Shown here: positions 62,952-64,000 of the stretch, one piece after another
Layout: each line of letters begins with the position of its first letter
Numbering within the stretch: the stretch's first letter is position 1
Assembly (NCBI GenBank): GCA_963794505.1
Contig: CAWCEG010000046.1
Span: forward strand, 34,341 to 98,340
Direction of reading: 5' to 3'
Source of the DNA: an uncultured Nitrospiraceae bacterium
GTDB taxonomy: Bacteria > Nitrospirota > Nitrospiria > Nitrospirales > Nitrospiraceae
Length of the DNA stretch: 64,000 bases
The notes under the pieces: model-generated
The model's input: the letters and a program-made list of their open reading frames with translations, nothing else
Databases searched by the model: none
Told to the model about the DNA's origin: nothing
Translations under genes and position numbers: made by a program

Positions 62952-64000
62952 GTCCATGGCCGACCGCTGTGGGCGTGTTTGCGCTGGTTGTCGGGTTGAA
63001 GACCGGTTTGACCATGGCTGGGGTGGAGCCGCCGCAAAGCCTCTCTTCACTTGTCTTTCAGTATCTCGATTCAGCAGACAGCGAAGAAGCTGAACGGCTC
63101 CTGCGGGTGGTGGAAGACCATCCTGACGCCTCTGTCGAGCGCGTGACCCGGATCATCGAAACCGAACGTATCTATGACGCCCAGCCGATCGGAACGCTAG
63201 CCGACCAAGAGGTGCGAGTCGAGGGCCAACCCTACGCGCTCGCGCTCTCGATCCCGTTGACCTATCGAGCCGCGAATGGTTATGCCCTGGTGGTGTGCCT
63301 GCACGGCGCAGGATTTACCGGCGATGCCTACCTGGAACGTTGGCAGGCACGGCTTGGCGAAGAATATCTCCTGGCTTGTCCGACTTACCCGAGCGGAGCG
63401 TGGTTTACCCGGCGGGCGGAGGAAGTCGTGCTGGCGACGATCGAGCACGTGCGTCGGCGATACCATGTTGACCCCGATCGCATCTTTCTTACCGGTATGT
63501 CGAATGGCGGAATCGGGGCCTGGCTGATCGGCATGCACCATGCGCCACTCTTTGCCGGTGTCGCGCCGATGGCGGGTGGACTGGATGATGTGCTCATGCC
63601 GTTCCTGGTCAATCTTCGCAATACCGCCATCTACATGATTCATGGGGCGAAGGATCAGGTCATGCCCGCATCATTGAGCCGGGCGATCTCGCGCGAACTC
63701 ACGGGATTGGGCTATGCGCACGTCTACCGAGAACACCAGGGTGAGCATCCAATCGCGGGCGGCCACTATTTTCCAAGAGAAGAGTTGCCGGCGTTGATGA
63801 CTTGGTTGGCCCGTCAGCGCCGTGACCCTGCGCCGGCCAGAGTGACGCTCGTGCGTGAAGCCAGCCGCTTCCATCCCTTTAGCTGGGTGCGCGTCGATGC
63901 CACCGACCTGATCGCGGCGTTTTCAGATGACTTGGTCGACAAACGCGACCAGCGAATCAAAGAACGCGAATACGCAAGGCTTGAGGCCGCCATCGTCGGG
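62948..64000 (+). CDS. Exported alpha/beta-hydrolase (esterase/peptidase-like), runs off the window
   Basis: Open frame from ATG 62948 (absent from the ORF track because no stop is in the window): LHGAG, DRIFLTGMSNGG (GxSxG), IHGAKD, GGH. Confidence 0.85.
   Translation, partial: MSPWPTAVGVFALVVGLKTGLTMAGVEPPQSLSSLVFQYLDSADSEEAERLLRVVEDHPDASVERVTRIIETERIYDAQPIGTLADQEVRVEGQPYALALSIPLTYRAANGYALVVCLHGAGFTGDAYLERWQARLGEEYLLACPTYPSGAWFTRRAEEVVLATIEHVRRRYHVDPDRIFLTGMSNGGIGAWLIGMHHAPLFAGVAPMAGGLDDVLMPFLVNLRNTAIYMIHGAKDQVMPASLSRAISRELTGLGYAHVYREHQGEHPIAGGHYFPREELPALMTWLARQRRDPAPARVTLVREASRFHPFSWVRVDATDLIAAFSDDLVDKRDQRIKEREYARLEAAIVG

Noticed and set aside
1-64000. CRISPR array, tRNA/rRNA, transposase, integrase, prophage or defence genes
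   Set aside because: No regularly spaced repeats, cloverleaf-like sequences or matching protein motifs were found by eye

Overview
Bacterial chromosomal window, about 60% GC by eye. Gene content and protein style (Cu-nitrite reductase nirK, FNT channel, lepA-lepB-hldE-kdsB-pyrG-kdsA-kdsD-pgsA-plsY, glyQS-ppdK-ribD) suggest a Nitrospira-like organism; this is inference. Many conserved genes (bioA, lepA, lepB, pyrG, glyQ, glyS, ppdK, rtcB and others) are split by single-base indels, best explained as sequencing or assembly errors, so these genes are reported rejoined with approximate ends. The strongest candidate for an undescribed system is a 7-gene operon at 11.5-18.7 kb with its own near-consensus sigma70 promoter. 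It encodes an orphan GlmL/MutL-type ASKHA ATPase with no glutamate mutase subunits nearby, a barrel-sandwich/KOW protein, an FN3-DUF6754 membrane protein, an apparent DUF6754 paralog, two more membrane proteins and a small helical protein. Also notable are a Crp/Fnr-nirK operon with a perfect palindrome at -41.5 followed by four exported accessory genes, and a sigma54-driven FNT-EmrB-TolC-EmrA operon followed by a CHASE3 kinase and NtrC-type activator. Smaller points are an archease-RtcB pair, a Memo-like protein with a PqqD/RRE-like domain, a family of short intergenic repeats and a ~190-nt REPIN-like hairpin. No rRNA, tRNA, CRISPR array or transposase was seen.
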